Shown here: positions 1-14,034 of the stretch, in pieces
Position numbering within the stretch: position 1 is the first letter of the stretch
Layout of the letters: each line of letters starts with the position of its first letter
DNA from: Selaginella moellendorffii
Taxonomy: Eukaryota; Plantae; Lycopodiophyta
Direction of reading: 5' to 3'
DNA: 64,000 nt
Assembly: GCF_000143415.4 (NCBI RefSeq)
Contig: NW_003314366.1
Location: forward strand, 124,001-188,000
Notes under the pieces: generated by a model
Database searches by the model: none
Seen by the model: the letters and a program-made list of their open reading frames with translations, nothing else
Told to the model about the DNA's origin: nothing
Position numbers and translations under genes: made by a program

Positions 1-1036
1 TTGGAAGCAGCCTCTGGATTGATTCTCCAGGGAAACTTGAAAGCCGAGCTGGAGCACGTGAACCAGACGTGTTTTTTCACTGAAGGAACGGAGCTTAGCT
101 TCCTCTGCCCCTATCTGCAGGTTGAGGCAAAGAGGCTGCTCTTAGCAAGATACAGGGAGGTGGAAGCCTCTTTAGCCACACTGGATATCAAGAATTGGGT
201 CAACGTGGTTAAACTGGATCTGATAAGGCAGCAGACTCCCCAGCGTACCCCCCGTATAGCCTGGAATGTGGAAGGGCTTCTGATTGACGTAATGCAGTAC
301 CAGGGGCGAGTCTTCATGGGAGATGACACTACTGCCTTCAAACACGTCATGCAGTATCCCAAGGGTGGGGAAAAGCAGACCTGCCTGTGTTTGCAAGGTC
401 AAGATAGGGAGCTTGAAGAAGGCGTACTTCTGGTTCCCATGGCGTACAACGAGAAAGCGATCGATCTCCTGTTGGTGAAGGTGAGAAACGGCACTACACT
501 GATTTTCTACGCCTTGCAGATTTCCGTTGCGAAATGGAAGCTGAAATCTAAGAAGAAGTCGCACCTAGTTTGGAAGTCCGTGGTTCTACCTGCTTGGAAG
601 GAGGCCATGACGGGCTACAGCGAGTACGAGGTTCGGTACTACTATATAATGCCGGAGAACATCAAGCAAACTGACTTGCCGCCTGATGAGCAGGATGAGG
701 AAATCGTCCCCATAGTCGATGTACAGTTCAAGAAGCTCTCTGACGTCCGCGATGATCTCGGCTACTTTGACCAGCGGCTCATGTTGGTAGAACCTACCAT
801 CCTGCAGCCGCGAGTGATGGACTATTGCATGGGCAGAAACCGTGACTACTACAAACCTTGCAGAAACTGGGTTGAAAGGGGTGGCTACTGTAAGCTTCAC
901 GCGCAGTAAGTATGGCGTTTCTTGTGCTTTTTTACACTTAACTTGCTTTGTTTTCACTTGCAGGCAAGACGAAGGGCCCCAGCCCCATTTCAAGAAGCGA
1001 CGGCTCGAGTCAGGTGGGCGCAGTGTGCCTAAGTAG
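1..1036 (+). CDS. 3' part of a Crinkler/RHS (CR)-type protein: REase-fold nuclease domain, C3H zinc knuckle and C-terminal NLS (5' end lies outside the window)
   Basis: ORF 1-909 contains LLVPMAYNEKAIDLLLV...ALQISV, resembling the CR-REase PxxxNxxxID...QxxV motif, then C-x10-C-x9-C-x2-H (CMGRNRDYYKPCRNWVERGGYCKLH). A GT-AG intron at 906-963 joins in frame to QDEGPQPHFKKRRLESGGRSVPK*. Confidence 0.55.
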
Positions 1037-2284
1037 ATGTTTCTGGATTTCAAAACTACCTGCTTCAGACAGGTGTATGCTAATTAGAATGTTCTGGCGA
1101 GTATGATACCGTCGGTTTGAACCACTCAGTCGCCTCGAATTGACCTACACGACGTTTGCAGTTGGCAGAGAAAAGAAAGGTATCAAAGCTGAGTTTCTTC
1201 TGAAGATGGCGGCAAACGATGCAGCAGCAAGGTGCCAGGCAATAGATTTAAGAGATCCATCAGGATATTCCTCTACAGTTTAGGTTGCTATGAAACAACA
1301 AAGTTAAAAAGAAGTGGGTTTCACCCCTTTCTTTGAAGCATTTGAATGTGTTTAACAATATTCTTATAAAAATTACAATGGAGAGTGGTTTTTAGAGAGA
1401 TTTCACAGCTTGCTAATGGTAATATGGTGGCTCTAAGGCTCTAATCTTGTGTCATGATTGGCTTAAATATATGTCTCAAAACAATTAAATTGCCAAAAGG
1501 CTCATACTAAACTAAAGGAATGCATTATAAATAGGAATTTATATTCTAGATGGATTAGTAAATGATGCAATATGAGAATTAAAATATTACACACAATATG
1601 ATATATAAAATTTAATATAGGTAAGAAAATAAAAGAGAGCTGAAATATCAAAACATTATAATTTTAATATATAGACTGAATCTAAATACTAATACAGTTG
1701 TGGGGTAAAAGCCCAAAGTAATCATCTCCCCTGGGGGAGAGGGGCTATAGAGAAAAAAATATAGTAAAGATAATGAGGTTAAAGATTTAATCTTAAATGA
1801 ACTCTCTAATAGTGATTCCAAACCAAATTATGGTTAGAATTACTTAGGGTAGGAATGAGCATACACTCAAGGGTGCCAAAGAGGCTTCCTAAGGAAGTGC
1901 TCAAGAGCAATTTTCACTTCCGGAATAAAAATTGATTATAATGCTCCTGGCTCATATAAAATGGTGCCCCACTTAAACACTATATATCTTTGCTCTTTTC
2001 TAGGGTCTTGGGTCTTTTCTTTAGGATGAAGGTGGGGGAATAAAGGTATTTATATTGGGCTGTTAGGTTACAGTGTTTCTCTTTTAAAGTCCTAAAACAA
2101 GAGATGCACTCAAAACTTAGGATTTAAAAAAACTTGCTTATATATCATTACCAAAAGTACAAGATATAAAGGGATTATATTTAAGTAAACTATTAGAATA
2201 TAAATATATAAAATGTGTAGATAGTATACAAAATGAAATAAAATGATTACAAGATGAACCATTATGGAATCTATAAAATATAAG

Positions 2285-2600
2285 TGTAGCTTATTTCTCA
2301 TAGCTATAACTCATTTCTTACAATTATGGCTCATTTCTCATGGTTGTAACTTAGTTCTTGGGGTTATGGCTCTTTTCTTACAACTTGGAGGTGTAATGTG
2401 CCTTAATGTAAGCACCAACTGATTGTGCATCATATTTCTTGCAGCTTATTTACAACATAGTGCCCTAATCTAGTACAATAGCAATTGCAATCAATTAGAG
2501 TGTGGCAATGAGTGTGATTAGAGTGCAGTGATGAGTGCCATTGGAGTGCGGTATTGATTGTATTGTGGTGGCAAGTTTGATCAATTAGATCGCAGAGGCA
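2285..2600. repeat. Two degenerate minisatellite tracts (~20 bp units like gctcatttctcatag and ~23 bp units like attagagtgtggcaatgagtgtg)
   Basis: Imperfect tandem units visible at ~2285-2390 and ~2495-2600, in AT-rich, CpG-depleted DNA. Confidence 0.5.
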
Positions 2601-3397
2601 AACAAACTTTAAGTGTTTAGGGCATTGAGCATGGTAGTTTTTGGCATTGTAACAATTTGTTATATTACAAATTGATAGTGTATGTCTTGGGTTTTTTCTT
2701 TTAGCTTAAGTTTAATGGGTGTTGTAGTGATTGTGTTGTGGTGCATTACAATGCAACACTTACACTTAAGTAAGTAGTTAATTTATGCCCATTCCTCTCT
2801 AATGCATATGCATTTTTTATTTTACATTTTTCTTTCCATGGTTGAGGAGCTGTAGTGCATGTGATCATGGGATGAGATTTAAATTTATTTTCACTGTGGA
2901 TCTTTGGAATCTTAAGGGAAAAATAGGGATAAAATAACCACTAAAGGCTCTCTCATTAAACAATTACCCCTTTCTAATTAAGAGAAATAGAGTGTACTAT
3001 AAGAGTTAAGAGTTTTACACCAGTATAAACAATGCATATTTGGGTATATGTTTACAATGCGGCAGTTTGCTAACTTGTTAGGCCCAAACACTCGTATCAT
3101 ATCGGTGATGCAAACATACTTCTGAGTCCTACTGATATATTTTGAATTTTGAAATATATATGAATTAGGAAATTAGGCATTGCTATGCTAATTGAGGATA
3201 GTGGAATGGTCTACATATTTATGCTTTTATATGTGTGTGTTTTTTCTTTCTAGGAGAAAGATTGATACTCTATTAGAACAGGCACTAGGACTTCTTATGT
3301 GTAGCTTAGTGGCAGTATTTGTTGAGGTGTAGACTCAAGATTGGAGACTTTGTTGTCCTCCTTTCTCCCGACATAGCAAGTGTGACCCTCATCTATT

Positions 3398-3905
3398 GCA
3401 AGTTATGGAGCCAACAACATAAGTAGAGGATGATGCTATGGAGGAAGGTGAAAAGGGAATGGCAGAAGAGCATCCTATTGTAAAGGAGATTGTAGAAAAA
3501 GTAGTGCTGGATCCTGAGAATGTAGAGAAAGCAATTCTACAAGTGTGAGAAGCCACACTTGACAGAGTTTATGTTGCTACGAATGATGCAATGATCATCT
3601 ATGCTTAGTAGATATCCTTTGTTTCTTTTTAGATTTTTTTTTCTCCTCCTCCATTACAAGTTATGAGGAGAGCAACACAAAGTAGAGCTACAAAGGAAAG
3701 TGAAGAGGGAGTGGCAGAAGAGCATCCTACTATCATGGAGATTGCAAAAGAAGCAGTGTTGGATCCCGAGAATGCAAAGAAAGCAGTTCTACAAGTGCAA
3801 GATACTGCACCTAATGGAGTTTATGTCATTACAAATGGTGTAATAATCATCTATGACATGTAAGTTTAGTAGATATCCTTTGTTTCTTTTTGGAATTTTT
3901 TCTTT
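3398..3905 (+). repeat. Diverged tandem duplication of ~250 bp (acidic coding-like exon plus intron-like tail)
   Basis: ggcagaagagcatccta...ggatcc.gagaatg...ttctacaagtg...atcatctatg...tagtagatatcctttgtttcttttt occurs at ~3398-3645 and again at ~3655-3905. Confidence 0.8.
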
Positions 3906-6359
3906 GCAAAGCACTTCACATGGGTCCAAGGTGATGGTGGAGGAGGCTTTAGTTGAGGTTCCCTCAGCCAGCGAGCTAGTAGCTTCACATGATGAGGAAG
4001 ATGCTTTAGCTAGTGAGGGGAACGCTCCTCACTATGTAATGGTTACAAGTGAGGAGCTGGAGGTGCCATATGACAGTGGCTCCTTGTGACTTACTAGTTC
4101 TAAGTGAGGAGGTAGAGGCACCATGTGACATTTTCCATGAGATGGAGGCTCCATGCTAGCCCCCTTATGAGCATGATGATCTATGAAAGCTTGCTTATAA
4201 GTAAGGAAAAGAGGACTTAAGCAAGACAAAGCTACCAAATTTTTGTATATATACAATCAACTTTATAGTTTATTGTTTTTAGGATTTTTACTGATAACCT
4301 ACAAATCAAGGTGGTGAATGCAAGCTTGAGTAACCTCAACAGTCCACAAATGTATGCAAAGTCTTTGTGCAAATGTATAAATGCTTTATTGCTTTCTTTC
4401 TTGGAAAGATTCATTAGATCTATTAATTTGCCCATACTAACTCACCCCATGAATGGATTGTTGATTAATGTTATGTGGCCCTTTAATTGATCAATAGGCT
4501 GGTGAGATCGATCAATCGATTGCTAAACCCATTGATTGACTCATCATGCAGCAGTGATGGATCCATACCCTAACCACAGTTGCTTGCCATTGGCCTTAGG
4601 TTATCCATTACGACAAGATTTTGTGTGTGCTCAAACCTGAATTTTTTGGAGTGTAATGTGGCTGTTAAAAGTGATCTTGTCTTGTGGGCCATTGCACAAG
4701 TTGTAATCAAGGCCACAAGACAAAACTCTCAAAATCCAATCCAAAAGGCATCAACCCTAAACCTAAAGTACCGGATTGAATGCTCCAGTACGTTTCGCAT
4801 CTCTGCCTGATCGATTAGCCGGATGGTATCGTCTTGAGCTTCAGGAGTTAATCACCTCCACAAAACAAGCGCTCAATGAAACAAGTACACGCAGAGGACT
4901 CTGTTCTTCTCCAGACGATTGCCTCCGTGCTTGCGAGTGTCCATACTGGAATGGAAGGGAAAGTCTTTGTTTCTTTCTTGTATGGACTATCCTTGAGTAG
5001 AATGGAGGGCATTTGAGCTTGTGGAAAGAGAAATTCACATTCCATTTCCCTCTTCATTTTTTCAACTTTTCTCTCATAACCGGAAGTCTCCACCCCTGTG
5101 GAGTTCTCCCATGCAAATTCAACATATATAATACAAAGTCGCTTATCATCAGGTTACATATTGATTACTTGCTTTCTAAAATGTTGGTCAAATCCAACGA
5201 GAGAACGACGCAAAGTCTATTGTTATCCCATGGAAGTTACACGTCACAAGGATGAATTTCCCTCTTTCTGAATCCATACGGCCAATCTTATGATCTATCG
5301 ATCTTTCATGTGTGAGCATGAGACTGACGTATCGTTTTCTCGATTTGGCAATGGGAGCAGCACGGGGTAAGCACTGTGTTTTGTCTCCCGAGACACGAGC
5401 TTCACCACGCGGCTGAGTCTCAGGCGAGAGTGGACCTTAGTCCTGCGAGTGGACTGAATGATGGATCCTCCAAGTAAAGGTTTGCTCCACCGGACACACT
5501 TGTAAGTGCTTTCTCCATCTCATCAGGTAGGCTAGTTTCTACACGTAGATCATTTTTTCTTTTTCTAGAGGCTGCTGGAAGAAACAAGCTTTTCCGAGAA
5601 GAGATGCCCCCCAAGAGAATTTAGAGCTCTCGACGCGTCCTTCGATTCACCATTCCCGGGATTTGATCCAAAGCAAAATAAGTGGTGGCCAAAGGCAGTT
5701 ATAGAGAAAGGGACAAGAGAGGCACCACCCAACAAAGGAAAGCAAAAACGCTTGGAGTCACAGATTCCAGTGATGCAAGAGAAACAAAGAAAGGAGAAGA
5801 GGAAGAAAAAAAAATTTTGCCCTCCATTTTTATAAGCGCGTAGGACCCAAGAAGCACGACGGTGGGCTGTAGGGTTGGAGGAAGCGGTGCTACACAGCGC
5901 ATCGGACTTTTCTTTTTTCTCTCTGGCTCCGGTTGGTTCTTCCTTGTGGTGAGACTAGAAAGGGATCGCCGCCATTGGGTCATTGCTTAGACAGATAGAT
6001 CTTCTTTCTCACAGCAAAAGCCCATCAATCCCTTCACTCTGGCCACTTTTCTAGTCCCAGCGTCTCGGAGCTCCACGCCACAGCTCTTGTGGGAGCGAGA
6101 AGCGAGACTTCTCGAGCAACCATCTTTGGTGGTGGCGGTGGCGGCGTGTAACAAGGGAGCGAGCGAGTCGCAGATTTGGAGGGCGTGTCGCATGGTCCAG
6201 GGAGTCTCTGTGGATTACGGCTAATAGCATCCAACTGGTGGCAGGCACTCAAGTCGCAACTCAAATGTAGCCTTTTCGGCGAGGTTCTTCGTAGTTCCCT
6301 TTTTTTTTTTTTTTCCCTTAGTTTCTTTGTAGTTTTCATAGCTTCATCTTCGATCGATC

Positions 6360-8010
6360 ATGGGGAAGGTCTTTTGCTTGCCAGTTTTTAGCCGCAAGGC
6401 GAACAAGATAAAGGTACGAAAAGTCCAGAGCTTTGCTTCGCTCATTCTTCCCTGTTTTGTTCTTTCAGCTCGAACTTCCAGAAGGTGACGAGTCTTTCAC
6501 TGTTTCCACGACTCCAGCGTCGCAAGCTGCGCCAGCAATCACGTCCCCGGACGTAGAGCTCCAGGCGATCCAAGGGGACACGCAAAGTTGCTTCGAACAC
6601 GCGGCACACGAAGAACAAGTGGCTCTAGAAGTTGGCGACGTTTTCAGTGATCCGGGACTGTATGGACGCGACTTTACCGAGAGCTCTGCTACGTCGGAGG
6701 AGGCTGTTGATGCCACCAACACCAACGCCATCGCCATCAACATCAACGACGCGACTGACGATGCTAGAGCCAATCTTGCTCTTGCTCTTCCAGAGGAACG
6801 TAAGCAGCCTGGCGACGACGATCACAACGAAGATGATCAGTTTGGCGACGAAGAAGATGATCAACAGAGAACAAGAGTCGTTCTCCAATCCAGTGACTTC
6901 CACTCCAACACCACCACGAAGTTCACTACGCAGGACCGAGTGGAAGAATGGGTGAAGAGCATCGACGCATCGTCAACCGAGCCATTGATCGAGCTCCCGG
7001 TTGGAGAGACGCCGACGACGAGTCACGCTGCTCGCAGCAGCAACCACAGCAGCAGGGACGTAGAGCTCGCAAACTCGGTGGCTCGCTCACTGGATTTCCA
7101 CTCGACAACAGTGGCTCATTTCAGTGGCATCGGCCTCACTCTCATACCGTGCCTGTCCACCTTCTCTCATTTGAAAACACTCAAGCTCTCGGGCAACGCT
7201 ATCGGTAAGCTCGAAACTCACCTCGCAATCGCTAGCTCGCTAAGTTTCTGTGCAGTGAGGATCACTCCAGGAGTTCTTCCAAAAGGTTTACATTCTCTCG
7301 ACCTCTCGAGGAACAAAATCAGTGTCATCGAAGGACTCCGGGAGCTCACCAAGCTACGCTCGTTAAACCTCTCGTACAACAGGATCCTGCGAATCGGACA
7401 AGGTAACTCGTTAGTTAGCTTGGAGCTTCTGACCTCTTCTCACCTTGATCTTCCAGGACTGGCAAACTGTACCTCCATACGCGAGCTTTACCTGGCTTGC
7501 AACAAGATCAACGAAGTGGAAGGCCTCCACAGGCTGACGAAGCTCTCGTGCCTGGACCTCAGCTTCAACCGCCTCGCCTCCACAAAATCCTTGGGCCAGA
7601 TTGCCGCGGCTTACACGTCCCTCGTGGCCATCAACCTGGTTGGAAATCCAGTGGTCGTTAATGTTGGCGAAGAACAGCTCAAGAGATTCGTCACTGGCCT
7701 CGCTCCAAATCTCATCTTCCTCAACAAGCAGCCCATCAAGGGAGGCATCTCCAACAGGGACGCTGTGGCGAGATCATTCGCCGCCGGGAGCTCCAGGCAC
7801 TCTCCTCACCACAACGCGTCCTCGAGCAAGAGGAGCAGCAGCGCTTCCACCTCGAGCACCGCTCTGCGAGTTGGAAATCGAGGAGGCCAGCACCAGCACC
7901 ATCACCATCACCATCACGAGCAGCAGCCACTCCGAGACTCCAAGATGGCTCAGCTCAAAAGTATTCACCGCGTCCAGAGTGATGGAGCCCTGCAGAACTC
8001 AGCTGATTGA
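6360..8010 (+). CDS. SDS22-like LRR protein of the MASP1 / 'outer arm dynein light chain 1' plant family
   Basis: Exon 1 encodes MGKVFCLPVFSRKANKIK (ATG 6360, intron 6414-6468). LRRs LPKGLHSLDLSRNKISVIEGLRELTKLRSLNLSYNRI and an LRR cap LNKQPI follow. In-frame introns at 7205-7255 and 7403-7456. Confidence 0.85.
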
Positions 8011-9100
8011 AGAACAAGAGCAAAGAAGAGAGAGACAATAAAAAGCTTACCTTGAGCTTCTTCCTATCATATCTCCTCCCACACTCTCGATTTATGCGAA
8101 GATTTGATGCCTCTTCCCACTCAACCGAGCTTATTTTTTTCTTGTTTATAAAGTTTTGGTGGATTGATGCGTTCTTCCTTGGACTAATCTTCTTATCCCA
8201 ATAGTGTGTAGTGGAGGGGGTGTCCCTTGATTCTTTCTCGTCCGCTTAACGCCTCTTACCAACCGGCTTCCAATCTGGATCGTTGGTTTCCAACTACAAC
8301 GTCCGCCCGCCGACTTGGCCGCGTCTTGACCGTCGGACCTTTACCGTGATCCGTTACGCTTTCTTCCTTGCGTTCCCAAATTTTCTTCCTTCCTTGTTCT
8401 TCCTTCTCTCCCTTTGTCAAGGAAGATCGGCGCTTCTTCCTTCTTTCTTCCCTGTTTTTTTACTCTTGCTCCAAAAACTTCCCTGTTCTTCTCCTCTGTA
8501 TGAGAGGCCGCTGTCCTGTTCTCCCACCTGTTCCTCTCGCAAATGATTTTGGATTCCCGAGACGCAAGCCTCCATTGATTCCTGCCGCGGAGGTGTTTTC
8601 CAACTGTGAACGGGTAGTGCAAGCAAGAATCTGGAGAACATTAGTACACCCACACAAAGAGAATGCCAACTTACTTTTCCCAACTGCTGCTTGACCGCCG
8701 GCAATCCTCGAAAAGAAACACGCACAGCAGCGAGCATCGAGCATCGGGCAGCAGCATCACCACAAGCAGCATCTGAGAGCACAGAATTTTGCTGACAATG
8801 TCGTCGTTACGATTGCGAGCGTGACCACCACCAGCAGCACCACCACCTTGGAGCTTTTTTACTCCATTATTCTTCTCCTTGCTCCCCTTCTCCTCGTCAC
8901 GCCATCCTTCTCCACTGCTCTGCGGGACCAAAGAGAGAAGTAAGCGGGGAATGCAAAGACAGTGACTCTAGACACTTACCGACATGGTATTTATCTTGTG
9001 CAGCAGCCTTTCCAGTTCCTCATGCCCTCGCACGACGACGCTTTGCTCCTCCAAATCCATCGCTTTGCTATAGCTCCAAGCTCTGTGAAAGAGAAGAAAG

Positions 9101-10099
9101 ATGGTTAGAGGAGGAGATCATCATTCCACCACCACCACCACCACGGGGATGGCGATGGTAGCAGCAGCAGAGCATCACCTCTCACTTTGCACGCTCGACT
9201 CGCAGCCTCCCACGCCACAGTCTCACGCCTCCCAGTCTCACACACTCTCACTCTCGTCACTCTCCCACCACCAAGCACTAGCGGCAGTAGCGGCAGTAGC
9301 GGCAGCTCCAGGAGTTCCAGGAGGAGGAGGCGGGGGAGTTCCGGGGCTTCCAATCCTGCTCCACTCGAGCTCGGGCGATCCACTACGCCAGGAGGAAGAC
9401 GGCCACGACACTCACTACTCGCAGCGCTCGCCATGGCTGCGAGCAATGGTGCTAGGAGCAAACGATGGCCTCATCTCCGTCGCCTCCATCATGGTTGGCG
9501 TGAGCGCAGTGAAGTACGACGTTAAAGCATCGCTCCTCTCGGGCATCGCGGGGCTCATCGCGGGAGCTTGCAGCATGGCGATCGGCGAGTTCGTGTCGGT
9601 CTACTCGCAGCGCGACACCGAGCTGGCCGATCTGGAGAAGGAGAAGCAAGAACACATGGCCGGGCCGGAGAGAGAGCTGGAAGAGCTGGCGCAGATCTAC
9701 GTGAGCCGCGGGCTGAGCTACTACCTGGCCAAGCAAGTCGCGGAGGAGCTGTCGAGCCACGCCGATGGAGCGCTCAAAGCTCACGCGCGGGACGAGCTGG
9801 GGATCGATCTGGACGGCCTGTCCAATCCAATGCAGGCCGCCACGGCGTCGGCGCTGGCCTTCTCGGTGGGCGGCGCGGTGCCGCTGCTGGCGGGCGCGTT
9901 TGTGGGGACTTACAAGTACCGCCTCACGGCGCTGCTGGTGTCGTCCACGGCGGCGCTGGCGGCGTTCGGGGCGCTGGGCGCGCGGCTGGGCGGAGCCGCC
10001 ATGGGCAAGGCGGCGCTCCGGGTCACGCTGGGCGGATGGGCGGCCATGCTCGTCACCTATGGATTCCTCTTCTTTGTCAGCCGCTACATCGGGCCCTAA
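9101..10099 (+). CDS. Vacuolar iron transporter-like protein (VIT1/CCC1, nodulin-21/VTL type), single coding exon
   Basis: WLRAMVLGANDGLISVASIMVGV, AGACSMAIGEFVSVYSQRD, ELAQIYVSRGL, HARDELGID and NPMQAATASALAF motifs; His/Ser-rich N-terminal extension. Confidence 0.93.
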   Translation: MVRGGDHHSTTTTTTGMAMVAAAEHHLSLCTLDSQPPTPQSHASQSHTLSLSSLSHHQALAAVAAVAAAPGVPGGGGGGVPGLPILLHSSSGDPLRQEEDGHDTHYSQRSPWLRAMVLGANDGLISVASIMVGVSAVKYDVKASLLSGIAGLIAGACSMAIGEFVSVYSQRDTELADLEKEKQEHMAGPERELEELAQIYVSRGLSYYLAKQVAEELSSHADGALKAHARDELGIDLDGLSNPMQAATASALAFSVGGAVPLLAGAFVGTYKYRLTALLVSSTAALAAFGALGARLGGAAMGKAALRVTLGGWAAMLVTYGFLFFVSRYIGP

Positions 10100-10270
10100 G
10101 TACTCGAGCTCCTCCAGCGATTCAAAGCTCGCTCTAACGTGGTATATGCTTGTTTCAAACATGGTATCTTTTAGTTGTTGTGAATGATTATTCGCTTATA
10201 TAAAACAACCCCGATAGAGAATTTGGCTCAGTGGATGGAACAAAATCGATCCACGAAAAATATGAGCTAC

Positions 10271-12528
<2,258 letters not shown>

Positions 12529-12767
12529 GGAGGGGAGGAGGGAGGCTCTAGAATGAAAGAATGAAACTAAGTGGGGGGCCACTACCGTACCCTCTGGCTT
12601 TATATAGTATATACGAGGCCGTACATAGCAAAAAATGCCGACAATGTATTAATGCCATGAGAAAACCTCCGCCATTCTCGAGACGCCACGTGTATCGTCA
12701 GGTCAAGCGTTGCTTGTAGATCTTCTTTTTAGGGCGATGGAGCTGGGGCTGGGCGCTTGATCTTCCG

Positions 12768-13898
12768 ATGGAGCTCGAATTCGCAGGCATGGATTTTGGC
12801 TGCGCGCTCAATGCGCTCGGCAGCGCCCAATTGCCCGCCAAGGAGTGCATTCTCCCGCTCCTCTCCAAGGTCCTGGGCTACTGCATCATCCTTGCTTCCA
12901 CGATCGTCAAGGTTCCACAGGTAGCGTATGAACTAAAATCCATCTCTTCGATTCGAGCTAGCTCGATTGCATTGACTATCCGATGGATTGGAACTCCTCA
13001 GATTCACGTGATTATGAAGAACAAGAGCATCCAGGGGCTGAGCATTCCATCCTTTGAGTTGGAAGTGGTGGGATTTACCATCGCTCTCGCGTATTGCCTC
13101 TTCAAAGGCTTGGCCTTCTCGGCCTATGGAGAACTAGTGTTTCTTCTCATTCAAAGTAAGTGACCGTGGAAGAGATTTTATTTTTCACTCACATCGAATG
13201 GTTTTCTTCAGCGATTGTCTTGGTGGCACTTTTGTACCAATACTCTCCAAATCGTGGACTTAACGTCTGGGCAAAATCAGCATTGTATCCTTTTCGAGAT
13301 GCCTTTCTTCCTTCGCAGTTCTAAGTTCTAACTTTAACGATAAAAAAAACAGATACTGTGCAATTGCTCCGATGCTGTTGGCAGGAAAGCTGGATGCGAA
13401 TATGTTCGAGGCCCTTTACGTAAGAAGTTCTACAGCAAAAGACCATCTCAGAAACTCTTTTTGTTTTTCAGGCTTGCCAGCATCTCATCTTCTTTTGCTC
13501 GCGATTGCCGCAAATTTTCGAGAATCACAAGGTTTGCAGCTTCTAAGATGACTTCTCTCAACTCTACTGGTTTTGTTCCAGAACAAGAGCACCGGCCAGC
13601 TTAGCTTTCTTACCAATTTCATGAGCTTTGCTGGGTGTTTCGGTAAGTAGTCACTCTTTTATTTGCTTTGAGCCATTGCTTTTGTTTTTGTTTTGCCACA
13701 GTTCGTCTGTTCACAAGCATTCAAGAGAGTGCTCCAACAAGCAGTAAGCCTCGCTCGGTTGTCCGATCGATTTTCGCTCATCAAAGTTTTCTTGGTTTTT
13801 TTTCAGTGATCGTTGGTAGTATTCTCGGGGTTTTGACAAACGGAGTCGTGATGATCCAGTTTTTGCTGTATAACCAGATGAAATTGAGGAGAGACTGA
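12768..13898 (+). CDS. MPDU1: Mannose-P-dolichol utilization defect 1 (PQ-loop) protein
   Basis: SKVLGYCIILASTIVKVPQI, FSAYGELVFLLIQ, and a second PQ loop (SRLPQIFENHK/NKSTGQLSFLT). Confidence 0.92.
13285..13352 (+). other. U12-type (minor spliceosome) GT-AG intron in MPDU1
   Basis: 5' splice site GTATCCTTTT; branch-point-like CTTTAAC ~12 nt before the AG; no polypyrimidine tract. Splicing restores ...KSAL-YCAIAP. Confidence 0.8.
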
Positions 13899-14034
13899 AA
13901 GCTTTGAAGAGCTTTCGCTCTCTAGTGATTTTTTTCTCCCAGTAACTTAACATGAAAACGTATCTCCGCGGACCGTCCGATCCAAAAAGGATCCAACGGC
14001 TACTTGTGCAAGAAGGGGCTAGGGTTCCTGGCGG

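Noticed and set aside
1724-1750. Short palindrome tctcccc-t-ggggaga
   Set aside because: Isolated, with no associated terminal motif.
2285-2600. Regularly spaced short repeats considered as CRISPR-like
   Set aside because: Degenerate tandem units without unique spacers, in a eukaryotic context.
4580-5640. Short ORFs between the repeat island and the LRR gene
   Set aside because: No motifs or coherent exon structure recognised.
8368-8694. ORF ending ...FPTAA* upstream of an iron transporter, considered as an IRON MAN/FEP peptide
   Set aside because: No Asp-rich GDDDD..APAA motif and no ATG start.
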